Shown: piece by piece, positions 1 through 13,747 of the stretch
Numbering within the stretch: position 1 is the stretch's first letter
Layout of the letters: each line of letters opens with the position of its first letter
Source: Phoronis australis
Lineage: Eukaryota > Animalia > Phoronida
Assembly (NCBI GenBank): GCA_002633005.1
Contig: NMRA01000443.1
Location: 118,251-182,250, forward strand
Reading direction: 5' to 3'
Length of the DNA stretch: 64,000 bases
Translations under genes and position numbers: made by a program
Notes under the pieces: model-generated
Database searches by the model: none
Told to the model about the DNA's origin: nothing
Seen by the model: only the letters and a program-made list of their open reading frames with translations

Positions 1-1257
1 GAAAACCCCCGCTTAAGATACCGTTTTTTTCACGAAAACAGAAGTGGTGTAGATAATCAGTAGCGGGTGAACCTAACAGAAGTAACGTTCGTGCCCACGT
101 GACACACATAAATGATATTCTTGGAAATTTTCAGATCATGTTGTCTTTCGTAACAGGAAGCGACAGGGAAATGTTTTGACAAAGTTTGTGGCTTCTAACC
201 CCCCAACCTCTTGCAAGTTTACTTCCTTGGTTTGCATGACGACGTATTAACCTCAATTACAAATGCGGCAGAGTACCTCCGGTTGTCGTTAACACGAGCA
301 CTGGTTAGGAAGGCGTTTCGAATCCTTTTAAAATTTTCTTTACACTTTGGCATTTTTGGTCAGGTATTATTTTAAATAACTGAAAAGATCTGAGTAGAAG
401 AGAAAAGAACACCCGTCGTGTTGGTGGGAAAGCAAGATCAACAACTGTGAATATGAGTACTAGGTGGTGCAAACTAAGGAGAATCCATCCGAAAACGCAA
501 GCATAGCGTCATCTCAATAATAGATACCTATATGCCAAATTTTATGAAAATCCCTTGAGGACCTTTGAAGATACAGAGGTAAACATAAAAGAACAAAAAT
601 TGCTACTAGGGGGCACACCGGTAGTCAGATCCGTTGGAGAGACCTGGTCGTTTGTTGCCAATATCACATAAATACACTTGCTAAATTTAATAAAGATCCT
701 GCACACGGTTTAAGAGATCCAGCCATAGGAGGAAAAAACACAACTACCACTAGGAAGCGCCACAGTCGTTGAAGTCGTCGGAAAATCATCATGGGTTGTC
801 TTCTTCATAGTAAGAACACACATGCCAATTTTCACAATCATCCTTAGAGCGGTTTGGTTGATAGAGGGGTGGACGCCAAAAAACAGACTCAAAAACAATA
901 AAATTGGCCACTAGGTGGGGCAAGCTAAGTCGAATCCACCCAAAAACAGAAGGATAGTGTCATCTCACTAAAAGATGCATATAGGCCAAATTTTATGGAA
1001 ATACATTGAGTACCCTTGAAGATAAATAAGAAAACGTAAAAACCTAAAACTGCCACTAGGGGCACACCGGTAGTCGGATGCGTTAGAACGTTTGCTCATG
1101 CCGTTCCATCCATGAAAGGAACACACGTGCAGAATTTCATGAACTTGAGTCAAAGGGTCTTGGAGATACAGCAGCGAATGCCAGATGGATGCCGTAGGGA
1201 CGGACAGGGATGACGGCATAATGCGTCCACATATTAGTTTGTGGACGCATAATAAAA
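1..1257 (+). mobile_element. 3' part of a Helentron/HINE-like non-autonomous rolling-circle element
   Basis: Degenerate internal repeat blocks (CCAAATTTTATG.AAAT..CTTGAG near 535 and 987; CTAGGGGCACACCGGTAGTC near 606 and 1056). Ends in hairpin ATGCGTCCACA (1221-1231)/TGTGGACGCAT (1240-1250) followed by AATAAAA, the usual HINE 3' architecture. Confidence 0.55.
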
Positions 1258-1476
1258 GGGTGCGGTCGCCAACAAAGTCTGGATAAAAGAGAGCCTTTCC
1301 AATTTAATCCCCTAAAAACATTCACTTTGGTAGTTCAAAATACTTTGAAATGTTTCTTTTTCCAACTACATAAATCAACAGTATTTCTAACATTGCCAAT
1401 GTTTTTAAAACTTTGGTCATTTTAGGCAACATGTCACCTCCTCTTGTACTGATTCAGCCATAATGGGTTGAAAGAT

Positions 1477-1633
1477 CAGGGGCGGATCCAGGATTTTGAG
1501 TTAGGGGGGCCAGGGCAGCATATTAGTCAGGATTTTGCCTGTCACACATTCGCACCTCCGAACTGCCCAATGGAATCTGGGAGAATTTTAGGGGGGCGAT
1601 GGCCCCCTTGACCTCCCTCTAAATCCGCTATAG
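1477..1633. mobile_element. MITE, CAGGGGCGGATCC family, 5-bp TSD
   Basis: Termini CAGGGGCGGATCC...AAATCCGCTATAG, flanked by AAGAT/AAGAT (1472-1476, 1634-1638). An inverted homologous copy lies at 20154-20309. Confidence 0.75.
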
Positions 1634-1829
1634 AAGATAGCTGCCCAAAAATCACTATGAAAGTTTATGCAAATGACTACAAAATGGTGATCAACTGGAA
1701 CAAAACACACATATCATGACAGTGGCAAAGGTTCTTCAAATAAACTTAATCAGGGCAACCAATGCCAGGCACTTTTTTCATTTTTCAACTAAAGGGCTCA
1801 AGTCACCTACAATCTACAACCAGACTTAA

Positions 1830-3322
1830 AGGCGAAGGCAACCTTTTTTCATGTCATTTTTAGCAAAAATAAGGTTCGTTGGTTATCCCAGACAAATTTT
1901 ACACTTAATTATAATTTTTCGTAATTTAATTAATTACTCATCCTCTACTCTGGAAGTGACGTTTTGGGAGGCAAGAATTTTGCGCTTATTTGGCTCTGCA
2001 TTCAGTTAAGTGTGAGGATCTGTTACTACTTTTGTTTTTGGGCTGTTTTTCTAAAATTGTCGTCACCACTTCCCATCGATGAGTTTTCTATGACAAACTA
2101 GGTTGTTAGAGAACCCAAACACGTTGGATTTCGGGGATTCTTTAGGTTGTATTAACTGGAGTCGGGGACCCATATCACAGTGACAGTAGTGATGTACCGG
2201 AGACATTGTTCATATAGCAGTGGTGATGAGGAATTTTTTTAGGGACAGTCAGTGGGTGGGTATACTTTGTATGTTTGAACCCGAGTATGAGGCAGGGTAC
2301 GCACAGGCACAACTGTCCCACTTGCCCCAGTGTCCCACGACACACTCCCACTGGATGGTGACCTGAGCACCCAAACTGCTTACATCCCGCAGTGTGACTC
2401 CCTCGCCACACACCTGGCAACTTTCTAAATAGCTCCAATACTTTAGACAAGTCCATAATAACCTTATCAAAGTTTGGCTCACGGATCTGTTCGTTGGACG
2501 ACGAACTGCAATTTTCACTGGGTGTCGAACTGGGCCTGTGATCACTCCCACAACTCAACATCGCTGCAGGGCTGCTTACAGGCTCTGTGTTAGAGACAAC
2601 AGCACAAGGCGAATCACTGCTAGTTCCCAGAATTGCACGCTCTGTACCTTCGGAGACACGGGCGACAGTAGGTGGAGTGCCTCCAGTCACTGTAGTGGCC
2701 ATAGCTCACGAGGCTTCTCGCTTCAAAAATGTACTTCTCGGGGGTGGCGACGGAGCAGTGCCGGGAATCAACAGCTATGGTATCGCACCCTTCTTCAGGC
2801 GTTGTTTCGCAGGGACCTTCATCAATTCAGCGTACACATCTCTGTCGTAATCTGACAGCAGAAAATGCTTGCCACACACTCGGTAACCCTCCACTGCTTT
2901 GAACATTGCGTTGACGGGTAACGCTGCGTTCCTCACACGAACGAGCCAAGTACGGCGAAGTGTGTCATCCTTTGGAAAGTAATGCAAAGCCTGGTATTCC
3001 CAAAGCGCGCGTGAGACGATAATAAGTACATCACGGTACGCAGCAACAGTGTGGCATGCTGTCTGACTCGTAAACAAAAGCAAACGACAACCGAACTTGT
3101 CACAACCGAGGTAGAACAATGTCTGACTCGACAGCTCTCACAGTCAGAGTATATGAAAAGAAATTGGCGTGAAATTCTTGCCTCCCAAAACGTCACTTCC
3201 GGAGTAGAGGACGAGTAATTAATTAAATTACGAAGAGATGTAATTAAGTGAAAAATATGTCTGGGATAACCAACAAACCTTATTTTTGCTAAAAATGACA
3301 TGAAAAAAGGTTGCCTTTGCCT
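1830..3322 (-). mobile_element. Kolobok DNA transposon, internally deleted (THAP + C2CH zinc-finger remnant)
   Basis: About 155-bp TIRs starting AGGCGAAGGCAACC, flanked by TTAA/CTAA. Minus-strand THAP remnant FPKD..W..RVCGKHF..LKKGAIP (2775-3119) continues through a stop and a frameshift into [25 protein letters not shown], typical of Kolobok transposase N-termini. Confidence 0.85.
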
Positions 3323-3356
3323 CTAATGATTGATGAAAACAAGTCAACAGTCTTTG

Positions 3357-6300
3357 CAAATCCATTACTGATTTCTGAAGTGCAAAGGGAACCTCAAACT
3401 CATTTCCTTCAAGAGAAATGACACAAGTGTACACCGAAAGAATTTGTTCTTTCACCGGAAATTTTAGAAGCATGAAATCACTTACTCGTATATCAACACT
3501 TCTTACTGAAGTGCTCATCATCATCAAAGAATATCAAAAACATTTTTCAAGTCTGGTCAGCACGCCACCTGTGGCCACCATTGTAAAGCATTACATATCC
3601 AAACCACCAAAGAACTGTTTTCTCTTTCTTTGTATGTCATAGGCATGTTTATTGGTATACAGTAACTCAAGTTAGCACCATCTGATGTCAATCAATAGTG
3701 TAGTGCAGGCAAGGAAGTCACAAAGTACATTAAGCACTTCTCATCATGCCTATAATAGATTTACATACCAGCACAAAACTTTTTTACTCTAAACTGTAAA
3801 GAGACACACGTGAGCTCTTAATTAGAGAATTAAGAAAAATGTAATTTCATTGTGTACATTTCATTTTCTGCAGGCCTACAGACAGTATCTTGTAAAAATT
3901 ATCATCAAACCTTTGTAGTTCAACTCCAGCAGATAAAAAAGATTTGCAAACAGGTGTCCCTTTACTAAACCAATTTTCAGTTCATATGTAAAAGTTTTCA
4001 TTCACAAAATGATGAAGCCAGACATGTTTTTCAGGTCAAGCATGACTTTTTAATTGGTCATGAGATTCATTAGAAGCAACACAGTGCAAGGTAAGTATTA
4101 TACTTGAGTATACCATGCTATTCATGTCATTCAATGAACAGTTGTGCACAAAACAGATGATAAAATGTCTCTTCTCTACGAGGCATAATACACATATTAT
4201 ATATCATGTTTATATCCTGTAGATTCCATGACATGCTGAATTAGACAATCAAGATATCTACCAACCGGTTACTAGTTTACACTCATTCCAGTAAATGACC
4301 CCTGTCCCCTACTTTCACTTGTTAGTAGTTGAAAATGCCTGTCTATGCCCGACCAGTTGACAGCACAACCACAGGTGTAGCCCATGAGTCCGTCTCCAAT
4401 TCATCTTGGAGTTAAATGAAAGAAACATGAGGACAGAGTAGCCTCAGTGGCCAAGAATATCGAACTTTGAAGGCTGGGACTTAAACAGATAGTAAATAGC
4501 GATATTGTTTATCACTATTGTTTGTTCCTCGACTTTGAGAAACTGAGCACGAAGGTGTGTCACACGGTGATATAACGGGATTCAAGAGCATGCTTGAAGC
4601 ACGTAAGAGTATTTTTACCTGAAGTCTTCTGAGCCAACTTAGCTTTACACAATCCGTCACGGATCTAGAAACACAAGGGTTGTTATTCTCACCAACACAA
4701 GTCAAGACATAACAGCCGAGTCAGTGCAATTGTCCGATAAGAGGTCAAGTTAAACACCGGATGTGAGTCATGTTGTAGCGAATACCTTCCTTCGATTACG
4801 AGTATCCATCGACACATTTGTAATCAAACAATTAGTTTCTATATTGCTCTCGATAATAAACTTACCTTTGGGTCATGGTGAAACATACTAAAGGTCTTCT
4901 GACTGAAACACAGGTGTAAATTTCCTTCCTCAGATCCGCTACTCATTAATTTCGTATTTAGCGCCACCTGTGCGGACTCAGGTGAACGTGCCGAGGCTAC
5001 CGGCAGACCGTCGTCTCGATGATAAACAAATACCGGCATTTATTAATGACGGCAAAACTACTGAGGCAAACTCAAAAAATGTCATTGGTAATCGTCATCT
5101 CCGAAGTCTACTTATAAACGGCACATCTGGCACCCTCGCTCAAGCATAGTAAGCCTAATTCAGTTCGGGGCTGAGATCCGTCCCGCGACTAAGAGTCATG
5201 GACCTCCCGGCCGCGCTCATGACTCAATGAGACCAAAGACGTTAACTGATGAGACTTCGGCTTCTTGTGGTGAGAGGCGAATATACCAAGAACCAATCAT
5301 AAAACTTCAGGACCCCAGTGCCGGATTCCTCAATAAGCCTCCGTCAACGGATTCGACACAAGGGCACTGTTCGGACTCGAACTAAAAGCTGTATGATGGG
5401 GTCAGTCCCGTCACTAATGAGTCCGCACCGACGTAAAAAGTCTGCCGGCACCCAAGGCATTCACGTAAATCATGATAATCCAATGGAATACAGATTAATA
5501 GACACTTTCTTTGAGGTCGCGTAAACGTAGAACGGGAAATGTAATAAATAATATTGAATATTCGAATACGAAGCGGATTAGACCGCCTGCCTTTGGTTTC
5601 GAGGGGCCCCGGCCCTTAGCTGACCAAGCCCTTAGCTGACCAAGCCCTTAGCTGACTAAGCCCTTAGCCACTACATGATTTCATGAAGCTACTGAATGAA
5701 ATACTTGCTGAGTGTCTTGTATCTGATAAACTGTTCCGGGTGTTTCGACAAAACTGGTGAGATTTTGAACAAAATTTGCCGAAGTACGGCGTCTTTTGAA
5801 ATCGTTTGATCATTTAGTTTCCAAACAAATTCGGTCATTTATAATTGTAGGGATACCGCCGCGACGAGTGGTGAATGAATCTGTGAGCAGGTCTGCAGAA
5901 CACTTTAAACATTTCAAGTTAAATAGTGGATTGGTGCGGCTGCGTTAGAATAAGTGCATTGTCGTCATGATTTAGCATGGAATTGAAGTTAGGTCTTGTC
6001 ACAGAAAACAAGAAAACGAAAATCAGGGACAACACAAGCTAACGTAAACGTTTCCTGGGTGCAACAATGGTGGGTGGGAGCGAAAGCTAACTTGTCTGAC
6101 AGTGAATGCCACCAAATGACATCTCGTTGGACAGGTATGTCCTTTGAAGATTTAATTTTTATAAAACAATAAAGTTAAAATCTAAATGCAAAGTCCTATC
6201 TGGGGAGCATGCGAATACGAATTGTTCAAGTATGACTAGTCTACATCATTTGCCGATTCATTAAATCTTTGTGGATATGTAATTGGTAAAAGACCATGGT

Positions 6301-9300
6301 TCCTTATTGTCACTTAAAGCCCTATAAAACATCTTTTGAGTCTAATCGATGTATACGACTCGAATATTGATCAATGCATGTCACAACGTGGAGTACAATT
6401 GCAAACTCGTACTCAAATCAATCAGCACGATTGTCAAAATTTCGAGTCTGAGACAGTTCTGAGCCATTTGATCACGTGGTATCAAATTAACTTTCATCTC
6501 ACACATGTTTTACTCTTTTAAAATGGCGTCAACGTAGTTTTTTTGTTTGAATTGAAATTGATTACAAGAAAAATCTAGATTTCCTTTGACGCTCACACTG
6601 CTTTGGTGCCTGAAGCCAACCCGGCGTAAGTTTGGTCTGAACAAGTGACCAACTATTAGTTCTTCTTAGTCTCAAGCAAGAAATTCCTTTTCGTACCTGT
6701 ACGGAACAAGATGAGACCGATTTTATGGCGTTAAGTGTTGTTTTTTAATACAAAAGGCTTCAGTTTATTTCCTCTTTAAATATTTACCAAAGATTTTTAA
6801 GCACCAGTGTGTACATCAGGACCTAATGAATCCGAGTAAATGAATCCGAATCTTTCTTAAGTAACTAAAATTATCTCAAAATATTGTCTGCGATTGGTGA
6901 AAATTATGCTTTGAAAGTAAGTCCCAGAAAGAGATATGACTCGGTAACAAGTAAATGGCATCAGCTTTCTTTTTGAAAGTCGGCTGCAACAACGCCTGTA
7001 CATATATTAGTATTAGTTGGATTTTAATTATTGTGTTCGACTAAGATTGATACGCATTTGTTTATCAAAGATCCAGACAAAACTTAATATAAAGGACATA
7101 ACAATCCTGCTGTGAACAATTTAATATATTCATGATCTATTCATCAAGTAACAACTGACAATTATCATAATAGTATTTGTGATATAAGGCTTGTTCAGTG
7201 TTTCTTTTTAAATAAAATTCTTTGCGTAGTGGTGAAGAAGTTCGATGATGGATAANCAAATCCATTACTGATTTCTGAAGTGCAAAGGGAACCTCAAACT
7301 CATTTCCTTCAAGAGAAATGACACAAGTGTACACCGAAAGAATTTGTTCTTTCACCGGAAATTTTAGAAGCATGAAATCACTTACTCGTATATCAACACT
7401 TCTTACTGAAGTGCTCATCATCATCAAAGAATATCAAAAACATTTTTTAAGTCTGGTCAGCACGCCACCTGTGGCCACCATTGTAAAGCATTACATACCC
7501 AAACCACCAAAGAACTGTTTTCTCTTTCTTTGTATGTCATAGGCATGTTTATTGGTATACAGTAACTCAAGTTAGCACCATCTGATGTCAATCAATAGTG
7601 TAGTGCAGGCAAGGAAGTCACAAAGTACATTAAGCACTTCTCATCATGCCTATAATAGATTTACATACCAGCACAAAACTTTTTTACTCTAAACTGTAAA
7701 GAGACACACGTGAGCTCTTAATTAGAGAATTAAGAAAAATGTAATTTCATTGTGTACATTTCATTTTCTGCAGGCCTACAGACAGTATCTTGTAAAAATT
7801 ATCATCAAACCTTTGTAGTTCAACTCCAGCAGATAAAAAAGATTTGCAAACAGGTGTCCCTTTACTAAACCAATTTTCAGTTCATATGTAAAAGTTTTCA
7901 TTCACAAAATGATGAAGCCAGACATGTTTTTCAGGTCAAGCATGACTTTTTAATTGGTCATGAGATTCATTAGAAGCAACACAGTGCAAGGTAAGTATTA
8001 TACTTGAGTATACCATGCTATTCATGTCATTCAATGAACAGTTGTGCACAAAACAGATGATAAAATGTCTCTTCTCTACGAGGCATAATACACATATTAT
8101 ATATCATGTTTATATCCTGTAGATTCCATGACATGCTGAATTAGACAATCAAGATATCTACCAACCGGTTACTAGTTTACACTCATTCCAGTAAATGACC
8201 CCTGTCCCCTACTTTCACTTGTTAGTAGCTGAAAATGCCTGTCTATGCCCGACCAGTTGACAGCACAACCACAGGTGTAGCCCATGAGTCCGTCTCCAAT
8301 TCAGCTTGAAGTAAAATGAAAAAACATGAGGACAGAGTAGCCTCAGTGGCCAAGAATACCGAACTTTGAAGGCTGGGACTTAAACAGATAGTAAATAGCG
8401 ATATTGTTTATCACTATATTGTTTGTTCCTCGACTCCTGAGAAACTGAGCACGAAGGTGTGTCACACGGTGATATAACGGGATTCAAGAGCATGCTTGAA
8501 GCACGTAAGAGTATTTTTACCTGAAGTCTTCTGAGCCAACTTAGCTTTACACAATCCGTCACGGATCTAGTAACACAAGGGTTGTTATTCTCACAAACAC
8601 AAGTCAAGACATAACAGCCGAGTCAGTGCAATTGTCCGATAAGAGGTCAAGTTAAACACCGGATGTGAGTCATGTTGTAGCGAATATCTTCCTTCGATTA
8701 CGAGCATCCATCGACACATTATTTTGTAATCAAACAATTAGTTTCTGTATTGCTCTTGATAATAAACTTACCTTTTGGTCATGGTGAAACATACTAAAGG
8801 TCTTCTGACTGAAACACAGGTGTAAATTTCCTTCCTCGGATTCACTCCGCTACTCATTAATTTCGTATTTAGCGCCACCTGTGCGGTTTTGATTGGGATT
8901 CTTTGGTGAATCAACTTAACCTCCACACAGAAAATTGAGGGGTAATAATTCTTTAACTTGAATAATGTCACACAAGATTTCTAGGTACGGTCCATTTCGT
9001 TTATGGGCCTACAAAGAATTCTGGGCTCAGAAAAATCAGTTATCTTTACAATGCACTGAGATAATTCCTTGAAGGACATGTTTAAACTGGATTGATAACC
9101 CGAAAATAAGTGGGAAACATTAAATATTAAGCCAAAATCGATGGAATATCACTAATTTAGGGGTCTATAATGGTGCAGTGTTTAAATATACACTCACACA
9201 CACACCAACATATAAATAAAGAGTAGGCCCCTATGCCTTCGTTTTATGAAGAAAAAAAAACAAGTGTCAGTTCCAGTTTTTCTGGCGCCAGCCAGAGTAA

Positions 9301-12300
9301 AATCCCATTTCGGGTACGTTGAAGTACATGCATTTTCAGTTTGACGTTATAAGCGATTTACATCAGGCCCGTAGGCTGACAATTTTCCAGCAGGAGACTT
9401 CTCGCGCAAAATAAGTATGAAAACGAAATATCCGCGATCAACCAAGAATACAAAGTCAAGCAGTTTTGCAAAAACGTTTAATTAAAAATAGGATACTAAA
9501 TTCTCAAGTTTTGCGAAAGATACAAAGGCTTTCAATTTCTTTGGTCAAGAAATAATTTTCTTCGACATTTTTAGTCTTTGCGAATTCTTAAGATTGATAA
9601 CTTTGTTTTTATAAGGTTTGATAGGCACCTTATTTCAATTCACGCAGGATACTCGTTCGTCTTGTTCCCGCATGAAGCAATTCCTACTACATATATATTT
9701 GCAAGTTCCTTGATATACTACACTATGGAATATAACAGACTTAAAATAGTCTTGTTAATCAAAGATTGATCTCAGGCTTCATTTTAGGAGCGCTCCACGC
9801 GCTCAGGGCGCATTCAAAGATTTTTAATCTGAAATGTTGTACTTGCGAATTCAGTTTCCTTAGCAAGAAAGTGTAAATATTTTACTACAATTTTTACCCA
9901 TTGTGGCTGCGATGGTCCAATTTTCCAAATTTTCGTGTGATTTTTTTAAAATGATCTTAGAGTTTTCAATATTTTTCCTGATTCTCGATAATTATTTCGC
10001 TTGCTGGAGCTTTCCTAAACCGATTTTGAAAATTTCCCTTTTTCCGAATCTTATGAACCGAATTTCCTGGAAAAACAATGTTTCCAATTTCTGTGTTTTC
10101 TTTTAGTGTACATTTTTTGTAAGACTTTTCTGAAAGATGCGTTTGATGATGTAGGAACGCTATTTCACACACTACAGGACACCTATTTTCTCCAGGATCA
10201 TCGCCTTTTGTCATACAGGTGGGCGTCGATTATTTTTAACTTATTACGTACCACAACAAATGATAATGCCTTACTGGGAATATACCCAACCGAGTATTTT
10301 TACCCATTCGATTATTTCTGACATATTCTTGAAGGAAATTCAGTACAAGCGAAAAAACACTCAGATCAGAGTGAGGACGAAGAGCGTCTTCACCGCGACG
10401 GCCTAAGGTCGGGCGACGCCCAGGCCAGGAAATGAAATTCAGAAATATTTTAATCTTATGAATCAATTATAAGTATATATTCTACAGAATGTCACTTTTT
10501 TGAAAGAGCTTTTTACTAATTTGCCTTTCAACAGAGGACTCCCCGGTCCGGATGCACTCCACGGCAGTCAGGGTCACGATCCTACTTAGCTAACGGGATT
10601 TGTCCCCGCAAGTAGAGAAAAAGAGACAGAGAGAGCGAAACAGAGGGTGACAGGTAATATTAGCTCATAATATAGTTTACAGAGTACCATATGTGCGCAA
10701 GTCTACTGACCCGCGACTGATTTGAAGTAAATCTAGTTACAATTCATTTACCAATGCCTAACATAACACTGGCAATTGACCAAAATCGTTACATTATCAC
10801 ACACGTAGTGAATTTCTATTTTTAGGCTTATTTTACAGCTGTGCTTTGCCGTTTTCGTTTGGGAAGAAATTTCACGGGGGAAGAAATTATATGCCTTAGA
10901 CATAAAATAATTTCCCCTCAATACCCCGCATGCGCAAAAGGGTCAGAGTGGGAAGAAATTTCACGGGGAAGAAATTTTACGTGACACCGGCAGACCGTCG
11001 TCTTGATGATTAACAAATACCGGCATTTATTAATGACGGCAAAAACTACTGAGGCAAACTCAAAAAATGTCATTGGTAATCGTCATCTCCGAAGTCTACA
11101 TATAAACGGCACATCTGGCAAGTATAGTTGTACACCCTCGCTCAAGTATAGTAGGCCTAATTCAGTTCGGGGCCGGGATCCGTCCCGCGGCTGAGAGTCA
11201 CCATGGACCTCCCGCGCTCTTGACCAGGAACCAATCTTAAAACTTTAGGACCCCAGTGCCGAATTCCTCAATAAACCTCCGTCAACGGATTGGACTCACA
11301 AGGGCATGTTCGGACTCAAACTAAAAGCTGTATGATGGGGTCAGTCCCGTCACTAATGAGTCCGCACCGGCACCCAAGGCATTCACGTAAATCATGATAA
11401 TCCAATGGAATACAGATTAATAGATAATTTCTTTGAGGTCGCGTAAACGTAGAACGAGAAATGTAATAAATAATATTGAATATTCGAATACAAAGATTAG
11501 ACCACCTGCCTTTGGTTTCGAGGGGCCCCGGCCCTTAGCTGACTAAGCCCTTAGCTGACTAAGCCCTTATCCGCTACATGGTTTCATGAAGCTACTAAAC
11601 GAAATACGTGTCTTGTATCTGTTCGGTGTTTCGACAAAACTGATGAGATTTTGAACAAAATTTGCCGAAGTACGGCGTCTTTTGAAATCGTTTGATTCCT
11701 TCAGTTAGCAAACAAATTCGGTCATTTATAATTGTAGGGATACCGCCGCGACGAATGGTGAATAAATCTGTGAGCAGGTCTGCAGAACACTTTAAACATT
11801 TCAAGTTAACTAATGGATTGGTGCGGCTGCGTTAGAATAAGTGCTTCGTTTGTAGATAAGTCGCATTGTCGTGATTTAGCATGGAATTGAAGTTAGGTCT
11901 TGTCACAGAAAACGAGAAAACGAAAATCAGGGACAACACAGGCTAACGCAAACGTTTCCTGTGTGCAACAATGGTGGGTGGGTTGCGGTACACCAAATGA
12001 CATCTCGTTAGACAGGTATGTTCTTTTGATGATTCAATTTTTATAAAACAATAAAGTTAAATTCTAAATGCAAAGTCCTATCTGGGGAGCATGCAAATAC
12101 GATTTGCTCAAGTGTGACTAGTCTACATCATTTGCCGATTCATCAAATCTTTGTGGATATGTAACTGGCAAGAGATCATGGTTCCTTATTGTCACTTAAA
12201 GCCCTATAAAACATCTTTTGAGTCTAATCGATGTCTACGACTCGAATATTGATCAATGCATGTCACAACGTCGAGTACAATTGCAAACTCGTACTCAAAT

Positions 12301-13029
12301 CAATCAGCACCATTGGCAAAATTTCGAATCTGAGACAGTTCTGAGCCATTTGATCACGTGGTATCAAATTAACTTTCATCTCACACTCGTTTTACTCTTC
12401 TAAAGTGGCGTCAACGTAGTCTTAGCTTTTGTTTGAATTGAAATTGATTACAAGAAAACTCTAGACTTCCTCTGACGCTCACACTGCTTTGGTGCCTGAG
12501 GCCAACCCGGCCTAAGTTTGGTCTGAACAAGTGACCAACTATTCGTTCTTCTTAGTTTCAAGCATGAAATTCCTTCTCGGATCTGTACGGAACAAGATGA
12601 GACCGATTTTATGACGTTTAGTGTTGTTTTTTTTATACAAAAGGCTTCAGTTTATTTCCTCTTTAAATATTTACCAAAGATTTTTAAGCACAAGTGTGTA
12701 CATCAGGACCTAATGAATCCGAGTAAACGACATCAGCTTTCTTTTTGAAAGTCGGCTGCAACAACGCCTGTACCTAATAATCACTATTAAGTTGGATTTT
12801 AATTATTGTGTTCGACTAAGATTGATACGTATTTGTTTATGAAAGATCCAGACAAAATTAGCATAAAGGACATAACAATCCTGCTGTGAACAATTTAATA
12901 TATTCATGATCTATTCATCAAGTAACAACTGACAATTATCATAATAGTATTTGTGATATAAGGCTTTTTCAGTGTTTCTTTTTAAATAAAATTCTTTGCG
13001 TAGTGGTGAAGAAGTTCGATGATGGATAA
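3357..13029. repeat. Tandem near-identical duplication (3357-7255 vs 7257-13029) joined at a single N
   Basis: Both copies start CAAATCCATTACTGATTTC and end GATGGATAA. The first ~1 kb is almost identical, later parts differ by SNPs and indels, and N lies at 7256. Probably two haplotypes left uncollapsed. Confidence 0.85.
8887..10990 (-). mobile_element. ~2.1 kb insertion present only in the second duplicate copy; probable truncated DNA transposon
   Basis: Replaces about 23 bp of copy 1 (near 4976-4998). The right end reads CCGGTGTCACGTAAAATT on the - strand, with subterminal direct repeats GGGAAGAAATTTCACGGGG(G)AAGAAATT at 10861 and 10950. Weak HTH-like peptide GRRPTLG..GEDAL near 10380-10420. 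Confidence 0.5.
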
Positions 13030-13747
13030 ATTGTAATATTTCCATGTCAACATCATCATTTAACTACCCGCCGGAATGTGCATTAAAAACTCAAGTTTTT
13101 AAACGAGAGAGTGAAAATGTCTATTTCCAGAGCAGACAGAGTTTGGTAAATCTCTTCTCCACGCCATCTATTGGTCACATTTATAGTCTAAAGTTTTTTG
13201 ATCATTTAATCGGATAGTGAAACCTGTATCAACAAAAGTTTTTGTTCCGAAATGTTTCCAACTTGAAACTCACACGCAATGTAATCACCGAAAGATGGCG
13301 CTTAGAAGCAATACAATATTAAGCATCATTCTACTCCTTCCAACTACATGTATAAAAATTGCAATATTCAACAATACAATTGGCACATCTAAAACACTGT
13401 TGTTTAAGCTGCACTAAATTGATAGTTGAATTCTAATTTGAGAATCGGTTGTCCAGCGGAAACTGCGTGTGCTGCATTTGAAAAGATTCCGTTGATGTTA
13501 ACCACAATGCCAACGTAAGTGGACTTTAAAATTCGGTGTCGTCGAAATTTAAATACAGAATATGGCCACGTGTGCAATGTAATAGCAAGCAAATATTCCT
13601 TCGATAATTAACAAACAAGTAATTGACAATGGTAAAAATGTGTGATTGCTGCTACAGGAAACGAATAAAAAGCGCATCATTTGTCAAGCATTGAAATACT
13701 TCACACCCTGATCCCGTTACCAACACATAACAATAAATTATACAGGC

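Noticed and set aside
5240-5290. Possible hammerhead ribozyme (CTGATGAG...)
   Set aside because: The required GAAA core is absent (reads CGAATA) and no convincing stems were found.
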